A stretch of DNA of 64,000 nt from a bacterium. Its GTDB lineage: Bacteria > Electryoneota > Electryoneia > Electryoneales > Electryoneaceae. The translations under genes and the position numbers were made by a program. Location of the stretch: NCBI GenBank assembly GCA_963675295.2, contig CAXXKJ010000002.1, forward strand, positions 32,001 to 96,000, written 5' to 3'. A model generated the notes under the pieces. It worked only from the letters and a program-made list of their open reading frames with translations. It made no database searches and was not told where the DNA came from. Positions 60,051 through 64,000 of the stretch are shown here, piece by piece. Each line of letters starts with the position of its first letter. The first letter of the stretch is position 1.

Positions 60051-60214
60051 GACGATCTTCCCTCCATATCTGCCTATGTGAGGAGCAGTGGGGCGAATAT
60101 AGCTCAGGATGCTGGGCGGGCATGTGGTTTTTCTGAGTTTCCTGTTTTTTGTGACTCTGTCTTCGGTTTACCGTTGACAGAACGAAGATCCGAGGCTCTC
60201 TTTTTGCCGAGAGA

Positions 60215-60238
60215 GAAAACCCCGCGACTGGCGGGGTT
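60215..60238 (-). terminator. Rho-independent terminator downstream of the hairpin array (minus strand)
   Basis: Minus strand reads AACCCCGC-cagtc-GCGGGGTTTTCTCTCT. Confidence 0.7.
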
Positions 60239-60307
60239 GTCAGAAATTAGCTACAAAAATGTAAGAACAAAGTCTTAGAATCGCTAAGTTGCTTAGTTTC
60301 AAAATTT

Positions 60308-61104
60308 GCCTGGCGTGGCTGGCCGGATTCGGCTCAGGTTTTGGTTTGACCGTCCGCCATCCACGCACAGGCCTCGGTACTCCGTTCGGGGGGTCAACAG
60401 TTCTGCCTGGCGTGAAGCGTTGGTTGCAAGACAAGATTGCCGAGTGATTGTCTGCCCACGCTTCACGCTCAGGCCAGTGGTCCCTGGATGACCTTCCCGT
60501 GCTTCAACAAGGTTGCCTGGCGTGGGTGATTGGATTCGGCTCAGTGGTTAGTAGTTGACCGTCCATCATCCACGCGCAGGCCTCTGTTTTTCGATTGTCA
60601 AGGTGCTGCGGGTACACGTTTGCCCGGCGTGAAGAGCTGGTGTCGCAAGTCTTCTGATGTGGGTCAGGTCATGCTCCCCACGCACGGGCCTGTGGTTCCT
60701 GGGTTGTGGCTTCCGTTGTATCCACAGATCTGCCTGGCGTGGCTGGCTGGATTCGGCTCAGGTTTTGGTTTGACCGTCCGCCATCCACGCGCAGGCCTCA
60801 GTTTCCGATTGTCAAGATCCCGTTGTACAGATTTGCCTGGCGTGAAGCGCTGAAAAACGGATCATCATTTCGGTTTTTGTTGTCCGTCCGCACTTCACGC
60901 ACAGGCCTCAATCCCCGGGTTACCGTTTTCGGCAACCGCTACAAGGTTGCCTGGCGTGGCTGGCCGGATTCGGCTCAGGTTTTGGTTTGACCGTCCGCCA
61001 TCCACGCACAGGCCTCGGTACTCCCGATTGTCACACTTCTGCCCGGCGTAGAGAGTATGCCATGTGTTGCCTGGAGTGGGGTTGGTCCCTCTCCACGCAC
61101 GGGC
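60308..61104. repeat. Array of eight bulged hairpins of alternating constant and variable type (candidate structured ncRNA array)
   Basis: Each unit is GCCYG-GCGT...ACGC-N-CRGGC; units at 60308-60372, 60405-60474, 60515-60581, 60622-60689, 60732-60796, 60835-60906, 60949-61013 and 61041-61104; linkers 27-42 nt. Confidence 0.9.
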
Positions 61105-61111
61105 CTCAATC

Positions 61112-62926
61112 CTATTCACCCGACAGTTCACGCTGCTTTCGGAACGGGTTGTCGCCCGGTACCGTGTCCAGCCACGGACTGTCGTAGAAATCGCGCAAGT
61201 CGTAGTTATTCCCGTATTCCACCGGCGGACACCACCTGATCATCTCCCGAACCACTTCGAAATGGGTGTGGTCCATCGTGCGTGTCCGGAATTCGGTTTC
61301 GTTGAACAGGGTGTGGAACATGTAGTAGCAGCGGAACATGAACCCTTCCACCACGAACCAGATGAACGACAGCTCCGGATCGGACCGGGTGATCGTGCAG
61401 TGTTCGAACTTGTTGTTCCAGCACTGCAGGTATTCCGGTTCGCCGTAGGGGGCATACAGACCCGGCTCCAGCAGGAAGTCCGGCGAGTGCATCATGATCG
61501 GGTAGCGGTACGGGTCGCTGATATGGCAGGAGCGAACGGTGATCGTATCGGTCGCGCTGATGCCCATCGCGCTCGGTCGCAGCCGCACAACCGTCGTATC
61601 CACCGGCTGCGAATTGTTTTCCATCACCACACGTTCCAGCAGGATCGGACCCGGCGCGCGTTCGATGTAGAAGCCGCGGTAGTAGTTGAACTCCAGCCGG
61701 CTGTCGCGCAGGGTCAGGTCACGGCCGTCCAGGTCGAACCAGATCCCGGCACCGTAGTTCCAGTCGGCGAGGTAGCCGGTCACTTCGCTGTGACGGCAGC
61801 GGAACATCTTCATCCCGCCGGTGTCGTAGGCCATTGTGCCGGATTCGTACCCACGCAGGTTGTTGCGCCGCACGATGCTGTTCTTGTGCAACAGGCCCTT
61901 GGAGTGGGCGATCAGCATCCCGTAGAACCCGTTGTCGTGCGTGTAGCAGTTATCGATCTGCCACCAGCCCGGGCTGTTCGCTTCCTCGATGTAGTCGAAA
62001 TCGGAATCGGGATCGTTTGGGTTGATCGGCCGCATCGGCATCTTGCGCACGGAAATGCCGTCCGCGTTGCTGTGGTGGAATTCACAGTCCTTGATGAGTG
62101 CGGTTTCGGAAGAGCTGATGTCCACCATGCCGAACTTGATGTACGGGTTGGCGTACGCGAACTCGAGGTTGTGCAGTTCGACGCCGCGCGTGTCACGCGC
62201 GGCAAAGAGGTACGAACAGTTCGCGGCATAAACCGGAACCTGGTTCGGGTTCTGATCGGTGTTGATGCGAACGTATCCAGTGCCTTCCAATGGGGTGTGG
62301 AAGGTTTGCTCGCGCATGTCGACGAATTCCGGCATCGTCAACTGCGTGAACCGTTCGCCGTCCTGAATGATCAATTCCCGGCGTAACATCGTGAGACCGT
62401 CCCGCCACTGGCCGGTGTTCAAATCGGGCACATACGATTCGATCGTGCAGCCAATCCAGCCATCCCAGTCGGAACCGCAAACATAGTTGTCCGGGTTGCC
62501 GTACCAGCCGAAGTCGTAGTTCCACTCCGCGACCCAGACATTGCCGCCCAGGTTCGTCCACGGACCCAGCGGCTCTTCGTCCAGCCCGCTCAGCAACGGA
62601 CGGGTTTCGCCGTTCGGGCCAAGGCCGTCCAGTCCTTCCAGGACGAGATATGGTTTTGACCAGCCCTGCCAACGGAATAGCGAATCACCCTTGAAGTGAT
62701 ACGTACCGGGCAGAACCTTCATCGTCACCATGTCATCCCCGGTGATCTCCGGGTGCATGCGTACATACGTCGCCGCCTCGTACAGGCCGCACATGGCGTT
62801 GTCCGGATCGGAACCGCTCATGTTGCCGGAACCTTGAGGGCTTACATAAAATGTATACTCCGTGGCAAACAGACTCGCCGGCAGCAACAGCGCCAGGATC
62901 AGTATGCCAAGAATGCCTCGTACCAT
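61112..62926 (-). CDS. Secreted right-handed parallel beta-helix-like protein, paralogue 1
   Basis: Signal peptide; FYVSPQGSG...PGTY; same conserved blocks as paralogues 2 and 3; ATG 62926 after GGAGAGG. Confidence 0.8.
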   Translation of the reverse strand: MVRGILGILILALLLPASLFATEYTFYVSPQGSGNMSGSDPDNAMCGLYEAATYVRMHPEITGDDMVTMKVLPGTYHFKGDSLFRWQGWSKPYLVLEGLDGLGPNGETRPLLSGLDEEPLGPWTNLGGNVWVAEWNYDFGWYGNPDNYVCGSDWDGWIGCTIESYVPDLNTGQWRDGLTMLRRELIIQDGERFTQLTMPEFVDMREQTFHTPLEGTGYVRINTDQNPNQVPVYAANCSYLFAARDTRGVELHNLEFAYANPYIKFGMVDISSSETALIKDCEFHHSNADGISVRKMPMRPINPNDPDSDFDYIEEANSPGWWQIDNCYTHDNGFYGMLIAHSKGLLHKNSIVRRNNLRGYESGTMAYDTGGMKMFRCRHSEVTGYLADWNYGAGIWFDLDGRDLTLRDSRLEFNYYRGFYIERAPGPILLERVVMENNSQPVDTTVVRLRPSAMGISATDTITVRSCHISDPYRYPIMMHSPDFLLEPGLYAPYGEPEYLQCWNNKFEHCTITRSDPELSFIWFVVEGFMFRCYYMFHTLFNETEFRTRTMDHTHFEVVREMIRWCPPVEYGNNYDLRDFYDSPWLDTVPGDNPFRKQRELSGE

Positions 62927-62949
62927 GTTGACCTCTCCGTGGTCTCGCA

Positions 62950-63110
62950 AAATCCGAAGTACCAGAAATTGTTATTAAACTCAATTCTTACGATCTTCAG
63001 TAGAATTATCAGAAGAATTTCTCGAGAAAGCAAGACCTCCCAGAGAATTCTAATAATAATTATGAGCACGTTATAATATTACGAAAATAACGGAGTATAA
63101 CAGGGGTTAC
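62950..63110. promoter_or_regulatory. AT-rich upstream region of paralogue 1 with palindromes
   Basis: Markedly AT-rich; TTTCTCGAGAAA palindrome (63018-63029) flanked by inverted TAGAATT/AATTCTA. Confidence 0.4.
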
Positions 63111-63164
63111 ACCGGATGGAGTGTTGCCTGGAGGGGTAAAAGAGAGGCCTCTTGCAGACAGCGG

Positions 63165-63959
63165 TTACAGTTTGGCGAGCAACTTCCGCGCTTTTTCTTG
63201 CGCCGCCTCGTCATGCTCGTCCCGCAACGGGAGTTCGAGCGCGGCGTCCAGCTGCGCGCGGGCTTCGTCCGCCAGAATCCCTTGTTCGATCAGGTAGTCC
63301 GCGTATTCGACCCGTGCCTGGATCATCTTTCCGTTGGCAACGTGCAGCGCTTTCTTGAAGTAGTAGGCGATGGAATCGTCGGACGCGAAGGTGAGTCCGG
63401 CGAGCCGTCGCGCGAGGCCGGATTTGGCCATCAGCGTGCGGTGAGTGCGTCCGAGGATGTAGTACGCAACCGGCATCGAGTCCGCTTCGACAGCGGCGAG
63501 GTGAGCGTGCCGGTAGGTATCCTTGACCAGCCCGGCCGTGGAAAACGGTCCCTTGAGCAGGGCGACACGTCCGCTGGCGGTGGCGATCCGGATGTGGGCT
63601 TCGGGGTTGTTGGCGTCGGTTTCGAGGATGCGGTTGGCTTCGTCAATGGCGAGTTCATACTGCGGTTGGGCGGCGTCCTGGTCCTCCATCGCCTCGCCGA
63701 TGTCGATCCGTGAGCGTGCGAGACGCCAGAGCACATCGGCGTCCGTGGTGTCGGCGTGGGTTTCCAGCACACGGACGGCGTCCGCATTCCGCCAGCCGGT
63801 GCTGAGCAGGTCGGCGGCGGCAATGGGATTCGTGGCTCCGAGCGAATCGATGATCTGCTCCGCCTGGACATCGCTGAGCCGTGGGCTTGCCTCAACGGTC
63901 AGCACCGCGGCCAGCAGGATCACCAGCAGGGCCGCCAAACTCGCACGCGCCGTTTTCAT
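63165..63959 (-). CDS. Exported TPR-like helical protein
   Basis: Signal peptide; ADVLWRLAR, NPEAH and AYYILGR helical-repeat patterns. Confidence 0.75.
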   Translation of the reverse strand: MKTARASLAALLVILLAAVLTVEASPRLSDVQAEQIIDSLGATNPIAAADLLSTGWRNADAVRVLETHADTTDADVLWRLARSRIDIGEAMEDQDAAQPQYELAIDEANRILETDANNPEAHIRIATASGRVALLKGPFSTAGLVKDTYRHAHLAAVEADSMPVAYYILGRTHRTLMAKSGLARRLAGLTFASDDSIAYYFKKALHVANGKMIQARVEYADYLIEQGILADEARAQLDAALELPLRDEHDEAAQEKARKLLAKL

Positions 63960-63962
63960 CGG

Positions 63963-64000
63963 TCACACCTTTCCGCCGTTGACGTTCGCCATTTCGCCAT
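63963..64000 (-). CDS. C-terminal end of a gene entering from the window edge, probably an SDR
   Basis: ...GEMANVNGGKV* resembles the SDR C-terminal G-x4-V-(D/N)-GG motif. Confidence 0.45.
   Translation of the reverse strand, partial: GEMANVNGGKV

Noticed and set aside
60590-60820. TTGACA in array linkers as tandem promoters
   Set aside because: No -10-like hexamer at 16-18 nt spacing; the GC-rich stem follows instead.
60308-61104. CRISPR array
   Set aside because: No identical 23-50-nt repeat with uniform unique spacers; the conserved parts are two complementary arms; no cas genes in the window.
60308-61104. Integron attC cassette array
   Set aside because: The bulged hairpins are similar, but RYYYAAC/GTTRRRY cores, gene cassettes and intI are absent.
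60240-61239. Short ORFs across the array (e.g. ...KPKPEPNP...)
   Set aside because: Frames are not kept between units and no clear RBS was seen; covariation points to nucleic-acid structure rather than coding.
56230-62926. Diversity-generating retroelement acting on the paralogues
   Set aside because: No reverse transcriptase and no near-identical template/variable repeat pair differing only at adenines.
1-64000. Genome-wide TAG reassignment
   Set aside because: Many intact conserved genes end at TAG at their expected C-termini.
1-64000. tRNA, rRNA, transposase, integrase or prophage genes
   Set aside because: No recognisable cloverleaf, rRNA segment or mobile-element protein motif was seen.

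Overview
GC-rich bacterial chromosomal window. A protein with a T9SS-type YPNPFNP C-terminal domain, lpxH and many D-S/T-hydrophobic motifs in exported proteins suggest an FCB-group organism (inference). From left to right: (1) a STAS protein and a small glycan-tailoring cluster (GNAT, methyltransferase, PseG-like protein, DegT-GT-B fusion); (2) a housekeeping run yajC-def-fmt-rsmB-PASTA-rpe; (3) a secreted FG-GAP protein; (4) a ~32-kb surface-glycan locus of two convergent operons: + strand nonulosonic acid genes with two NeuB/PseI synthases, and - strand Wbp-type diacetamido-uronate genes, wzx, a Wzy/WaaL-like gene and a glucuronyl C5-epimerase homologue, with three sulfotransferases across both operons; (5) PBP1A, lpxH, a T9SS-CTD protein, a membrane-PHP fusion and a GT9; (6) three tandem paralogous secreted beta-helix-like proteins. 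The most unusual element is a non-coding ~800-bp array (60308-61104) between two of the paralogues. It has eight 64-72-nt bulged hairpins with a shared, covarying base stem, alternating strictly between a near-constant type and a variable type, and a minus-strand terminator follows it. Also notable: two genes with in-frame TAG codons, a clustered GGACA(C/A)GCGTGTCC palindrome found inside and between genes, several REP-like and 7/9-mer repeat families at glycan gene junctions, and an unannotated 41-aa membrane protein. All calls come from reading motifs by eye; no database search was run.
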